Source: Acidimicrobiia bacterium (lineage in GTDB: Bacteria > Actinomycetota > Acidimicrobiia > Acidimicrobiales > Aldehydirespiratoraceae). From it: a stretch of DNA of 64,000 nucleotides. This document shows positions 1 to 9,353 of this stretch, one piece after another. The stretch lies in the NCBI GenBank assembly GCA_022819505.1, contig JAJEHD010000018.1, positions 560,587 to 624,586 of the forward strand, in the 5' to 3' direction. The translations under genes and the position numbers were made by a program. A model generated the notes under the pieces. The model searched no databases, was not told the origin of the DNA, and saw only the letters and a program-made list of their open reading frames with translations. Each line of letters starts with the position of its first letter. The stretch's first letter is position 1.

Positions 1-2
1 CC

Positions 3-251
3 TACTGGGGCAGCATGGCCGACGGCTTCATAGACCTGGTCGACTTCGGGCCCGCCGTGCCCGACGACCTCGCCGAGATGGTGAACGCCCGCAGAGCCGA
101 GATAGAGGCCGGCAACTTCGACGTGTTTGTCGGACCCATCGTGGATCACGAGGGCAACCTCCAGGTTCCCGATGGCGAGCCGGCGTCACTCGAGCACATC
201 TGGGGAGTCGACTACGTGCTCGACGGCATCGAGGGCACCCTGCCCAACTGA
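3..251 (+). CDS. BMP-family (PnrA/Med-like) ABC substrate-binding protein, C-terminal fragment; 5' end outside window
   Basis: Frame is open to the window edge (..YWGSMADGFIDLVDFGP..FVGPIVDHEGN..), stop at 249-251. It is followed by the matching duplicated-ATPase gene and two permease genes. Family call rests on resemblance and context. Confidence 0.6.
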   Translation, partial: YWGSMADGFIDLVDFGPAVPDDLAEMVNARRAEIEAGNFDVFVGPIVDHEGNLQVPDGEPASLEHIWGVDYVLDGIEGTLPN

Positions 252-344
252 CCGTAGAGCCCGGCTCGGAGCAGGGCGCATCCTCAACGGGACAAGCGGG
301 ACGGATTGGACACTTCAGCACCGCCGCGCTCCAATGAGCCGGTG

Positions 345-1913
345 ATGGGGGGTTCGAGCGACCGGCTGGCGGTCGAGATGACCGGAATCTCGAAGTCGTT
401 CTTCGGTCAGAGCGCTCTCACCGACGTCGACTTTGAGGTCCGGTGGGGCGAGGTCCACGCGCTGCTGGGCGAGAACGGCGCGGGCAAGTCGGCGCTGTGC
501 TCCATCCTCGCCGGCCTGTACCGGGCCGATCAGGGCTCGATCAGGATCGACGGTCATGTGGTCGACTTCCGCTCCCCCCACGACGCCCTGAACGCGCACG
601 TAGGGATGGTGTACCAGGAGTTCCGGCTGGTCAACGAGTTCACGGTCGCGGAGAACGTCGTGCTGGGCGATCCCCGGCTGTCCCGCCGGCTCAAGTGGTC
701 CGAAGTCGAGGAGTCCGTCGCCGAGGCGGCCGCCGCCTACGACATCGACACCGACCCCAGGCAGTTGGTCGGGGACCTGTCGGTGGGCGAGCGCCAGCGC
801 ATCGAGATCCTGAAGCTGCTCTATCGCGACGCGCGGGTGCTCGTCCTCGACGAGCCCACGTCGGTGCTGACCCCCAGCGAGGTGCGCGAGCTGTTCCAGT
901 CGATGGACGCACTCCGTCGCTCCGGAAGGGCCGTGATCCTGATCTCTCACAAGATCAATGAACTGCGGGCCTCGTCGGACCGGGTCACGATCATGAGGCA
1001 GGGCCGGAAGGTGGCGGTCGACAAGCTCGACGACATCACCAACGACGACCTCACCCGGCTCATGGTCGGCCGCAAGATCGCCGCGCCCCGCACGAGACAG
1101 TCGCCACCGGCGCTCGACCGGCCCGTGCTCGAGATCCGGGGCCTCAACGTCACCAACCAGGACGGCAGGGTGGCGGTCGACTCATTCGATGCAGAAGTCC
1201 ATGAGGGGGAGATACTCGGCATCGCCGGGATCGCGGGCAACGGCCAGCGAGAGTTGGTCGAGGCTCTCGCCGGCCTCAAGCCGGTGCAGTCGGGAACGGT
1301 GAGGCTCCAGCGGCCGGTTGGAGCGTCCGCTGGCGACTCCGCGGGCGCCATCGACGTCACGGGCATGTCCCCCCGGGATCTGATCGAGATCGGGATCGCG
1401 CACATACCCGAGGACCGGCGGGCCGTGGGCGTCGCGTCCGGACTGGACATCGGGGCGAACCTCTGCATGAAGAGTTACTGGAAGGAGCCCCTGAGCAGGC
1501 GCGGCGTGATGTCGAGGTCAGCTGTCCGAGCTCTGGAGGACGGGCTGAGGGCCGACTTCGACATCAGGGGCGGCAGCCGCAACCTGCCGGTGAGCATCCT
1601 TTCCGGCGGGAACATCCAGAAGGTGATCCTGGCCCGGGAGCTGAGCCAGAGTCCGGCCGTGGTGATCGCCGCCTACCCGACCCGGGGTCTCGACCTCGGA
1701 GCCGTCGCCAACGTCCGAGACATCCTCATCGGTCAGCTGGAGGCCGGCACCGCCGTGGTGCTGGTGTCGGAGGACCTTGACGAGCTGTTCATCATGTCCG
1801 ACCGGCTGATCGTCCTTCACGCCGGCCGGATCATGGGCGAGTTCGAGCCGGCCGACTATGACCGCGAGACGGTGGGCGCGCTGATGTCGGGCGGCACGGC
1901 CGCGGGGGGCTAG
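345..1913 (+). CDS. ABC transporter ATP-binding protein with duplicated ATPase domains (BMP/CUT2-type importer)
   Basis: Walker A GENGAGKS, signature LSVGERQRIEI, Walker B VLVLDEPT. Second half carries GIAGNGQ and LSGGNIQKV. The track start at 306 is TTG; I prefer the in-frame ATG at 345 (MGGSSDRLAVEMTGISKSF). Confidence 0.9.
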   Translation: MGGSSDRLAVEMTGISKSFFGQSALTDVDFEVRWGEVHALLGENGAGKSALCSILAGLYRADQGSIRIDGHVVDFRSPHDALNAHVGMVYQEFRLVNEFTVAENVVLGDPRLSRRLKWSEVEESVAEAAAAYDIDTDPRQLVGDLSVGERQRIEILKLLYRDARVLVLDEPTSVLTPSEVRELFQSMDALRRSGRAVILISHKINELRASSDRVTIMRQGRKVAVDKLDDITNDDLTRLMVGRKIAAPRTRQSPPALDRPVLEIRGLNVTNQDGRVAVDSFDAEVHEGEILGIAGIAGNGQRELVEALAGLKPVQSGTVRLQRPVGASAGDSAGAIDVTGMSPRDLIEIGIAHIPEDRRAVGVASGLDIGANLCMKSYWKEPLSRRGVMSRSAVRALEDGLRADFDIRGGSRNLPVSILSGGNIQKVILARELSQSPAVVIAAYPTRGLDLGAVANVRDILIGQLEAGTAVVLVSEDLDELFIMSDRLIVLHAGRIMGEFEPADYDRETVGALMSGGTAAGG

Positions 1914-1915
1914 CA

Positions 1916-3016
1916 GTGCGCAGGCTGGTTCTCGAGCAGCGAGCCACCCCGTCTCGCACGTTCTCGCTGGCACTGCCGGCTCTGTCCGCGTTGGGCGCGC
2001 TCATTCTCGGGAGCGTCCCTCTGATGCTGATCGGCGCCGACCCGATCGAGGTGTACCGCCTGATGCTCACCAGTGCCTTCGGTAGCACTCGTGGCATCAC
2101 CGACACCCTCACCGACGCGATGCCGATCATGCTGACCGGCCTGGCGGCGGTCGTGACGTTCCGCATGAACGTGTGGAACATCGGAGCCGAGGGTCAGCTC
2201 CAGATCGGGGCGGTGACCTCGGCCGGCGTCGCGCTCTGGCTCGGCGACGGCGCCAACACCGTGTTCGCGCTGGTTGCCATGATCGTCGCCGGAGTCCTGG
2301 GCGGGAGCCTCTACGCGGGCTTGGTGGCGCTGCCGGCGGCGACCTGGAGGGTCGACGAGGTGGTCCTGACCCTCATGATGAACTTCCTGTCGCTGGCGTT
2401 CATCAACTACCTGGTGTTCGGCAGCCACAGCCCGTGGCGGGACGCGTTCTCGATCAGCTTCCCTCGGGGCCAGCTCATTCCCGACAGCTCGCGCCTGCCC
2501 GATCTGTCGGGCCGGCTTAACCTGGGCTTCGTCATCACGCTGGCGGTGGTATTCCTCGTCGCCTGGCTGCTGAAGTACACGGTCTGGGGATACGAGTACT
2601 TGGTAGTGGCCGACTCGCGGGGGGCGGCCTCCTTCGCCGGCATCAACCAGTGGCGGATGATCGTCAGCTCGTTCCTGCTGTCGGGCGGCTGCGCCGGTCT
2701 GGGGGGCGCAGTGCTGGTCGGCGGGACGCTGGGGGCGATGGAGCCCCGGGCCCTGACCGGCCTCGGTTTCACCGGGATCCTGGTGGCGGCCCTGGGACGC
2801 ATGTCGCCTACCGGCGTGATCCCGGCCGCGATCGTGCTGTCGGCCATCGTGTCGTCGGGTCCTGACCTGCAGCAGATCGGAGTGCCCGCTCCGCTGACGG
2901 TGGTATTGCAGGGGCTCATCCTGGTGGTGATCGCCGGGGGCGAGTTCCATCTCCGGTACCGCTTGACGAGAGCCGGATCCACAGCCCAGGAGGCGCATGG
3001 GGAGAGCGCTCCGTGA
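1916..3016 (+). CDS. ABC transporter permease (BMP-type system)
   Basis: Hydrophobic multi-span protein with a GTG start 3 nt after the ATPase stop and high GC3. Antisense ORF 1910-2998 was rejected. Confidence 0.85.
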   Translation: MRRLVLEQRATPSRTFSLALPALSALGALILGSVPLMLIGADPIEVYRLMLTSAFGSTRGITDTLTDAMPIMLTGLAAVVTFRMNVWNIGAEGQLQIGAVTSAGVALWLGDGANTVFALVAMIVAGVLGGSLYAGLVALPAATWRVDEVVLTLMMNFLSLAFINYLVFGSHSPWRDAFSISFPRGQLIPDSSRLPDLSGRLNLGFVITLAVVFLVAWLLKYTVWGYEYLVVADSRGAASFAGINQWRMIVSSFLLSGGCAGLGGAVLVGGTLGAMEPRALTGLGFTGILVAALGRMSPTGVIPAAIVLSAIVSSGPDLQQIGVPAPLTVVLQGLILVVIAGGEFHLRYRLTRAGSTAQEAHGESAP

Positions 3017-3954
3017 ACGACACTGCCTTGGTGAGCATCATCGTCGCCGGGCTCCTGTTCGGCACGCCTCTGGTGTATGTGGCCATGGGCGAGCTCGTCT
3101 CGCAGCGGGCGGGAGTCATGAACCTCTCCCTGGACGGGATAATGCTGTTCAGCGCGGTGAGCGGCTACGGCGTCGCCGCCGAGACCGGGTCGCTGTGGCT
3201 GGCGCTGGCTACGTCGGTCCTGGTCGGCGCATCGATATCGGCGCTGTTCGCGTTCCTGTCGATCACCCTGCGGGTCAGCCAGATCCTCGCGGCCCTCGGG
3301 CTACTGGTGTTCACCTCCGGCATGTCGCAGTACTTGGGCCGCATCGGTGACGAGCCGCTCATCGGACGGCTGTCGGGCGTCTCGATCGAGCCGTACACCA
3401 CCGGCGCCCTCACCGACATCCCGCTGCTGGGTCCGATCCTGTTCGGGCACGACTTCGTGGTCTACGGGAGTTGGGTGCTGGTGGCGCTGACCCACTTCTA
3501 CATCAACCACACTGAGCCCGGAATGCGGGTCCGTGCCGTCGGCAACGATCCTGCCAGCGCCGAGGCTGCCGGAGTGCGAGTGGCCAGGGTCCGGGCCGTG
3601 CACGTGATCATCGGCGGGGCGCTGGCCGGCTTCGGCGGGGCGTACTACTCGCTGGGGCTCGTGCCGATCTGGCAGGAGAGGATCACATCGAATGCGGGGT
3701 GGCTCGCTATCGCGATCGTGCTGGCCGCTCGTTGGCGGCCGCTGGCGGCGTTCGCGGCCGCGTTCGTCTTCGGAGCGTCCATCAGGCTCGGGTTCACGCT
3801 TCAGGTGGTCGGCGCCAACGTCTCCCCGGAACTGTTGAGCATGATCCCGTACGTCCTGGCGATCGTGGCCGTGTTGCTCACGGCTCTGAGCCGCTCACGC
3901 GGCCTCACCGAGCCGAAGGCGCTCGGCATCCCGTTCTTCCGCGAGCAGCGCTGA
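3013..3954 (+). CDS. ABC transporter permease (BMP-type system, second subunit)
   Basis: GTGA start/stop overlap with the previous permease; multi-span hydrophobic sequence. Confidence 0.85.
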   Translation: MNDTALVSIIVAGLLFGTPLVYVAMGELVSQRAGVMNLSLDGIMLFSAVSGYGVAAETGSLWLALATSVLVGASISALFAFLSITLRVSQILAALGLLVFTSGMSQYLGRIGDEPLIGRLSGVSIEPYTTGALTDIPLLGPILFGHDFVVYGSWVLVALTHFYINHTEPGMRVRAVGNDPASAEAAGVRVARVRAVHVIIGGALAGFGGAYYSLGLVPIWQERITSNAGWLAIAIVLAARWRPLAAFAAAFVFGASIRLGFTLQVVGANVSPELLSMIPYVLAIVAVLLTALSRSRGLTEPKALGIPFFREQR

Positions 3955-3960
3955 GCACGA

Positions 3961-5376
3961 TCAATCGCCGGAGCCCCAGGACACCGAGAACCGGTCAAGG
4001 CCGACCCGGTCGTTCAGGTTGGCGACGGCCCGCTCGGCCTCCTCGATGACCTCTCGTTCATCGACGGTGACGCAGCGTGCGTCCTCGACGACTACCCGGC
4101 CGTCCACCACTACCGTCCGGACATTGGCGCCGGTGACCGAGTTGACGACGGTCGTCGCCGTCTTCTGGCTGGGAATGCAGCTCGGTCCGGTCACGTCGAC
4201 GACGGCCAGGTCGGCCAGACGGCCCTGTGCCAGCACACCCACGTCGAAGCCGGTGAACTCGGCTCCCCCCAGCATCGCTGCCTCCAGGACTGTCTCGCTG
4301 GTGATCACCGATGGATCCACGGCCAGTGCTCGGTGCACCAGAACCGTCTGCTTCATGACCTCGAAGGCGTCCTGACGGTGGCCGACAGCAGGACCATCGG
4401 TCCCTAGCCCGACCACCACGCCGGCGTCGAGCATCTCTAGCAGCGGCATGGTTCCGACCCCGAGAGACGCGTTGGACACCGCGTTGTGGGCCACGGCCGC
4501 GCCGGTATCGGCCAGCGCCGCCACCTCGTCGGGGGTCACCCATATCGCATGGGCGAGCGTCGTCTCCGGCCCCAGCAGGCCCTCCCGGTGCAGCCATGAG
4601 ATCGGCGTCGTCTCATAGGCCCTCTGGTACACGACGGGGTCGCCCTTGGACTCACAGCAGTGCGTGTGCCACTTGGTGCCGAATCGTCGAGCCAGCTCCA
4701 CGGAGCCGGCGATCATGTCCTGGTCGTTGAAGGCGATGTTCAAGGGCCCGGGCCAGAGCGCCACCAGCGGGTCGTCGGACCAGCCTGACAGCAGCTCGGC
4801 CATGATCGAGAGCTCCTCACCGGTGGTGTAGTAGTTGGGCCGGGACCCGCTGTCTCGGAACGCCATCGCCGGCGGGCTCGTGCCGGTCATCCCCCGGGCG
4901 ACCGCGCCACGGATCCCCACTGACTCCATCGCGCCGGCCACCGCCACCGTGGTCTCGGGATCGGGCGGCATGTACTGGTTGTCGACCACGCATGTGATTC
5001 CGGCCCGGACCGCCTCCAGCGCGGCCAGGCGCGTACCGGCCACGACCTCGTCGCGAGTGACCTCGTCGGCGACCGGGAACGTGAGCGTGGAGAGCCAATC
5101 CCAAGTGGTGAGACCCTCTCCAAGGCTCTTGATCAGCATCTGTGCAAGGTGGCTGTGACAATCGACGAATCCCGGTAGCACTACCGCGCCCGTGCAGTCG
5201 ATGACTCGGCGCGCCGCGGAGGCGTCCACGCGGTCCGTGCTGTCGACCGCCACGATGCGGTTGCCCGACACCGCGACCGCCCCCCGTTCGATCACCCGCC
5301 GGTCGTCGTCGAGGGTGACCACCGTCCCGCCGGACAGCACAAGGTCGTACTCGGGCGTGACTTGAGTCGCAGGCAT
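3961..5376 (-). CDS. Amidohydrolase-superfamily deaminase/chlorohydrolase-type enzyme (nucleobase / MTA / triazine deaminase family)
   Basis: PGFVDCHSHL (HxH metal site), WHTHCCES, GLGTDG. Start trimmed from track ORF 3961-5829 to the ATG at 5376 (MPATQVTPEYDLVLSGGTVV), because the upstream part overlaps the Rieske gene. Confidence 0.8.
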   Translation of the reverse strand: MPATQVTPEYDLVLSGGTVVTLDDDRRVIERGAVAVSGNRIVAVDSTDRVDASAARRVIDCTGAVVLPGFVDCHSHLAQMLIKSLGEGLTTWDWLSTLTFPVADEVTRDEVVAGTRLAALEAVRAGITCVVDNQYMPPDPETTVAVAGAMESVGIRGAVARGMTGTSPPAMAFRDSGSRPNYYTTGEELSIMAELLSGWSDDPLVALWPGPLNIAFNDQDMIAGSVELARRFGTKWHTHCCESKGDPVVYQRAYETTPISWLHREGLLGPETTLAHAIWVTPDEVAALADTGAAVAHNAVSNASLGVGTMPLLEMLDAGVVVGLGTDGPAVGHRQDAFEVMKQTVLVHRALAVDPSVITSETVLEAAMLGGAEFTGFDVGVLAQGRLADLAVVDVTGPSCIPSQKTATTVVNSVTGANVRTVVVDGRVVVEDARCVTVDEREVIEEAERAVANLNDRVGLDRFSVSWGSGD

Positions 5377-5417
5377 CGCTTGCTCCCGTCTCGTTCCCGG
5401 CGTCCCGCAGCCGTCTG

Positions 5418-6557
5418 CTAGCCGGGTTCTGGAATCGTCTCGTCGCGGCCCTGCTCCAGCTGGCTGACGATCTCTCGCAGCCACAGCCGGTACTCCAGGG
5501 AGTAGAGGTCCACGCCCCGGATGTGCAGTTCGGCCGCCAAGTCCTGGGGCACTGCGTTCGGTCGCTGCGACTCGACGACGGGCCGGTCCTGTTCGTAGAC
5601 CGTCATGTTCAGCACGGCATGGTCCTTGAACGCCGTTCCCGGCTCGCCGAAGTTCCTTGCCACCACGGTGAAGTTCCTGGTGCGATCCGGTCCGAGGGGA
5701 GTAGCGCAGAAGAACTGGCTGAAGGAGCTGTTGCCCGCACTGATGTCCAGCCGGACGGCCAACGGCATCGAGATGGTCCTCATGTTGGTCACCTCGACGA
5801 ATTCGGCGTCGGTGTCGACCTCGGACCACTTGGACAGCCGAGCCGGTTGGAGCACCGGCTCATCCTCCATCATGCACAAGGTCATTCCGTCGCGCCAGAC
5901 CTTGTACGAGTTGATCTCGGGATGGTTGATGTCGCCGAGCCACCCGTCGTGGACGAAGGCGAAGTGGCTGACGTCGGTGTAGTTCTCGATGCGTCGCGCA
6001 GCTGCGCAATTCCAGTCGACCACTGGGAACTCGACCCAGTAGTAGTCCGGGTCGCTGAACTGGGGGAAGTCGGGCATCGGGGCGAGGGACTCGTCCTCGA
6101 GGCAGACCCAGATGAGCCCGTACCTCTCCTCGGCCCTGTAGCTGCGTACAGAGATGTCGAGCTTGTCGGCGAGGTCGGGCGCCTGCGGGACCAGCCTGCA
6201 CCGACCGGTGCCGTCGTACTGCCAGCCGTGGTAGGCGCAGCGAAGCCTCGTCCCCCCGGCGGTGACCGCACCCAGCGACAACGCGGTGCCCCGATGGGCA
6301 CACAGGTCGTTGAACGCCCGCACCCGGCCGTCGAGCCTCACGATCACCAGCTGCTGGTCGCACAACTCGGCCTGAACGGGGTCGGCGTCCACGTCGGAGG
6401 ATCGGGCCACGGGGTGCCAGAAGTGCCGGAAGGTCTCGTAGATCCTGCGGTCGGTGTCCGCATCTATCACCGTCGACTCGAACTGGTTCCTGGCGAGAGT
6501 GGGCCCGCCGTCGGCCGAGATTGCTGCCTCCGATCTCGGTTGGGCTCCGCTGTTCAT
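5418..6557 (-). CDS. Rieske [2Fe-2S] non-heme iron oxygenase, alpha subunit type (paralog 1)
   Basis: Rieske motif CAHRGTALSLG...CAYHGWQYD. Mononuclear iron motif ENYTDVSHFAFVH. 4-bp overlap with the upstream ferredoxin gene. Confidence 0.9.
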   Translation of the reverse strand: MNSGAQPRSEAAISADGGPTLARNQFESTVIDADTDRRIYETFRHFWHPVARSSDVDADPVQAELCDQQLVIVRLDGRVRAFNDLCAHRGTALSLGAVTAGGTRLRCAYHGWQYDGTGRCRLVPQAPDLADKLDISVRSYRAEERYGLIWVCLEDESLAPMPDFPQFSDPDYYWVEFPVVDWNCAAARRIENYTDVSHFAFVHDGWLGDINHPEINSYKVWRDGMTLCMMEDEPVLQPARLSKWSEVDTDAEFVEVTNMRTISMPLAVRLDISAGNSSFSQFFCATPLGPDRTRNFTVVARNFGEPGTAFKDHAVLNMTVYEQDRPVVESQRPNAVPQDLAAELHIRGVDLYSLEYRLWLREIVSQLEQGRDETIPEPG

Positions 6558-6748
6558 CCGTCCGAACTCGACAGAGCATTGACTGGACAGCAGGCGACTG
6601 CATCAAGCAGGGAGCGCTCCTCATGGGTTGCCGGCGTTTCCTTGACCACGACCAGCACGCCATCGTCGTCCATGTCAAAGAGTGCTGGTGCGATCGTTGT
6701 GCACATGCCCGATCCGATGCACTTGTCGCGGTCGACACCTACCTTCAT
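6554..6748 (-). CDS. Small single-cluster ferredoxin ([3Fe-4S]/[4Fe-4S] actinobacterial type)
   Basis: 64 aa with CIGSGMC (C-x5-C) and a distal CP (AVACCPVNAL). Translationally coupled to Rieske paralog 1. Confidence 0.8.
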   Translation of the reverse strand: MKVGVDRDKCIGSGMCTTIAPALFDMDDDGVLVVVKETPATHEERSLLDAVACCPVNALSSSDG

Positions 6749-6815
6749 CTGGCTTCCTCCGCTGGCTTGCTTCCTTCAGGTGCTCGTCCCGGGCTCCACG
6801 GGCGGCTCTCATTCT

Positions 6816-7943
6816 CTAGCAGGCGTCTGCCGGGACAAGCTCGTCGGCTAGTTCGAGCAGCCACTTGCGGTACTGGAGTGAGAACGTGTCCACGTTGGCC
6901 AGGTACATCTCCATCGAGAGGTCCTCGGGCAGCTGCTCGGGCCGCTGCGAGGAGACGATGGGCTCGTCCTGGTCGTAGACGATCTTGTTCCAGCCCGCGA
7001 TCTCTTCGAAGATCGTCGACGCCGACCCGAAGTTACGAGCGCCGATTGTGAAGTTGCGGATAGTGGTGGCCGAGGTCGGGGTGGGGTGGAAGAACAGGCA
7101 GTAGTCGTTGCCCTCGGTGTCGAACACCCGCAGCAGCACCGTCAGCGGCATGAAGCAATCCCAGGTCTTCATGACCTCGAGGAACTCACGGTCGGTCACG
7201 ATCGACTTGTTCTTGCCCGCGCTGGCGGGCTCGAAGCACGGTTCGGCCAGCCGCATCTGCAGCACGTTGTGGGCGGTCTGGGACACCTCGTACTGGGGGA
7301 TGGCCGGATTGCGGGAGTCTCCCAGGTAGCCGTCGTGGACGAAGGCCAGATGGGCCGGGTCGGTGTAGTTCTCGGTGCGGCGCACCGCGAAGGTGTGCTC
7401 CCAGTCGGTGGAGGGAACCGCCACCCAGTCATAGGAGGGATCCTCGAACTGGGGGAACTCCGGCAGCGGGAAATGGGGCTCGTCGGCCAGACAGACCCAG
7501 ACCATGCCGTAGCGCTCCACGGTGTTGTAGCGCTTGACGCGGGCTCTCAGCCTGCCGGCGAGGTCGGGACGCTGCGGAGCCAGCACGCAGCGCCCGTCGC
7601 GGGCATAGCGCCAGCCGTGATAGGGGCACTGCAGGGTCTCGCCCTCCTCTGATGCCACCACCTTGCCGAGCGACAGGGCGGTGCCGCGGTGCGCGCACAT
7701 GTCGTTGAGGACGTTGACCTCGCCGTCGAGACGCACCGCCACCAACTGCTCACCGCACAGCCACACCCGCTTGGGGGTGTCGTCGAGTTCCTGGGAGTAG
7801 ATGACCGGATGCCAGAAGTGCCGCAGCGCCCGGTAGATGCGGGTCTCGGCCTCGGCGTCCATCCGGTTGACCCGCATGTCGGCCAGGCTCTGGTTCTTGG
7901 CCAGCGCCCAGTCGGTGTCTGCTGCTGCTTGAGCTGAGTTCAT
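6816..7943 (-). CDS. Rieske [2Fe-2S] non-heme iron oxygenase, alpha subunit type (paralog 2)
   Basis: CAHRGTALSLG...CPYHGWRY; ENYTDPAHLAFVH. Clearly alignable by eye to paralogs 1 and 3. Confidence 0.9.
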   Translation of the reverse strand: MNSAQAAADTDWALAKNQSLADMRVNRMDAEAETRIYRALRHFWHPVIYSQELDDTPKRVWLCGEQLVAVRLDGEVNVLNDMCAHRGTALSLGKVVASEEGETLQCPYHGWRYARDGRCVLAPQRPDLAGRLRARVKRYNTVERYGMVWVCLADEPHFPLPEFPQFEDPSYDWVAVPSTDWEHTFAVRRTENYTDPAHLAFVHDGYLGDSRNPAIPQYEVSQTAHNVLQMRLAEPCFEPASAGKNKSIVTDREFLEVMKTWDCFMPLTVLLRVFDTEGNDYCLFFHPTPTSATTIRNFTIGARNFGSASTIFEEIAGWNKIVYDQDEPIVSSQRPEQLPEDLSMEMYLANVDTFSLQYRKWLLELADELVPADAC

Positions 7944-7983
7944 GTCATGTGGCGACCGACGCGGTCATTCTCGTCCCCGATTC

Positions 7984-8175
7984 CTAGCCTCGGACCCGGA
8001 TCGCACCGACCGGGCATCCCCGCTCGGCCGACTTCACCGCCTGGCGGGATTCCTCGGGCGGCTCCTGAAGCAGCAGGGAGGCCTTCCCGTCCTCGTCGAG
8101 GTGGAACACCTCGGGAGCGAAGCCGGTGCACATCCCGGTGCTAGCACATCTCTGGACGTCGATCTCTATCCGCAT
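7984..8175 (-). CDS. Small single-cluster ferredoxin (second copy)
   Basis: MRIEIDVQRCASTGMCTGFAPEVF...GCPVGAIRV. Trimmed from track ORF 7984-8271 to the ATG at 8175. Confidence 0.75.
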   Translation of the reverse strand: MRIEIDVQRCASTGMCTGFAPEVFHLDEDGKASLLLQEPPEESRQAVKSAERGCPVGAIRVRG

Positions 8176-8190
8176 GGGGCCTTGGCTGAG

Positions 8191-8205
8191 CTTACATGTA
8201 CCATG
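8191..8205. promoter_or_regulatory. Candidate operator CTTACATGTACCATG in the divergent ferredoxin/Rieske promoter region
   Basis: AT-rich 15-mer containing the palindrome TACATGTA. It matches 13 of 15 positions with CTTGCATGTATCATG at 12379-12393, upstream of the amidohydrolase_2/GntR operon. Confidence 0.4.
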
Positions 8206-8270
8206 CTTTACTGGCAATGGGCTCGCGTCCAAGGCCGACCGGCGTGGGCCGATCCGAAGGGAGATCTGCA

Positions 8271-9353
8271 ATGACGGTGGTCGACGATCGCACCGCCGCC
8301 GCGGTTCCCAATGAGTGGACCGCTGAGGGGGAGGGACGGCTGTACCGGTCGCTGGGCTGGTACTGGCATCCGGTGATGTACGCGTCCCAACTCGGCGACG
8401 CGCCGGTTCAGACCACGCTGCTGGGTCGCCGTGTGGTGGTCGTCCGTCTCACCGGCGAGGTTCGGGCCTTCGTCGACCGCTGCGCCCACCGCGGCACCGC
8501 GGTGTCGCTGGGATGGGTCGAGGGCGACTGCCTCCGCTGTCCTTACCATGGCTGGCTCTATGACGATCAGGGCGTGTGCGTCGAGATCCCGTCGCGCACC
8601 GACGCCGTCATCTCGCCTCGGGCCCGCCTGGAGCGCCTCCACGCCCGGGAGGCCAACGGTCTGATCTACGTCTGCGCGGCCCCGGAACCGAGAATCGACA
8701 TCCCCGTGTTTCCCGAGTGGTCCGACGACGCCTTCTGCAAGGTGGCCATACCGGCCTACGACTGGCAGGCCGGCGCAGCCCGGCGCACCGAGAACTTCGT
8801 GGACTTCTCCCATTTCGCCTGGGTCCACGACGGGGTCCTGGCCCGGCGTGACCAGCCGCTCGTGCCCGATCACGAGGTTCGCCGCGAAGGGTGGGAGCTG
8901 CGGACCCGGATCGTGGTCGACGAGCCCACCAACACATCCAAGACGTCGACGCTCGAACTCGAGTCGGCGAGCACGACGGTCCCCGGTGAGCGCAACTACC
9001 GGATTGCGCTTCCGTTCACCGTCTGGATCCACCAGACGCTTCCCGCGGGCCAGGCCTTCGTGCTGTTCATGGCTTGCCAGCCCGTCGGTCCGAAGGAGTG
9101 CCGCACCTTCACCTTCGTTGCCCGCAACTTCGGGCTCGAGGAGCCCGACGAGTCCTTCATCGCGCATCAGCAGGAGATCGTGGAAGCCGACCGGGTCATA
9201 GCCGAGTCGCAGCTGCCGGAGGAGCTGCCGACGGACCTGAGCGAGGAGATGTACGTGAGGGGTGCGGACCAGATCTCGGTCGAGTACCGGCGGTGGCTCC
9301 TCGAATTGGTCGTGGAGTCTGAGGAGGTCGGCGGCGATGCCTCGAATCGTTGA
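8271..9353 (+). CDS. Rieske [2Fe-2S] non-heme iron oxygenase, alpha subunit type (paralog 3)
   Basis: CAHRGTAVSLG...CPYHGWLYD; ENFVDFSHFAWVH. Start set to the ATG at 8271, preceded by GAAGGGAG. Confidence 0.9.
   Translation: MTVVDDRTAAAVPNEWTAEGEGRLYRSLGWYWHPVMYASQLGDAPVQTTLLGRRVVVVRLTGEVRAFVDRCAHRGTAVSLGWVEGDCLRCPYHGWLYDDQGVCVEIPSRTDAVISPRARLERLHAREANGLIYVCAAPEPRIDIPVFPEWSDDAFCKVAIPAYDWQAGAARRTENFVDFSHFAWVHDGVLARRDQPLVPDHEVRREGWELRTRIVVDEPTNTSKTSTLELESASTTVPGERNYRIALPFTVWIHQTLPAGQAFVLFMACQPVGPKECRTFTFVARNFGLEEPDESFIAHQQEIVEADRVIAESQLPEELPTDLSEEMYVRGADQISVEYRRWLLELVVESEEVGGDASNR

Noticed and set aside
1910-2998. 362-aa ORF on the minus strand, opposite the first BMP-type permease
   Set aside because: Arg/Pro/Gly/His-rich low-complexity translation with no recognisable motifs. 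It lies exactly antisense to a convincing multi-span permease. This is a typical high-GC shadow ORF.
3961-5829. Long 5' extensions of track ORFs (for example 3961-5829, 15757-16785, 33599-34828, 35427-36779, 36449-38128, 38004-40187, 39464-40543, 40895-42325, 62641-63498)
   Set aside because: The extensions overlap the upstream gene, are Arg/Pro-rich, and precede an internal start that has an RBS or a stop/start overlap and begins the recognisable domain. Coordinates were trimmed accordingly.
5418-9353. Naming the three Rieske proteins as caffeine demethylases NdmA/B/C, or as GbcA/CntA/Stc2
   Set aside because: Only the generic Rieske and mononuclear-iron motifs can be verified by eye. Substrate-level assignment needs phylogeny and assays. 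This is kept as a hypothesis in the findings.
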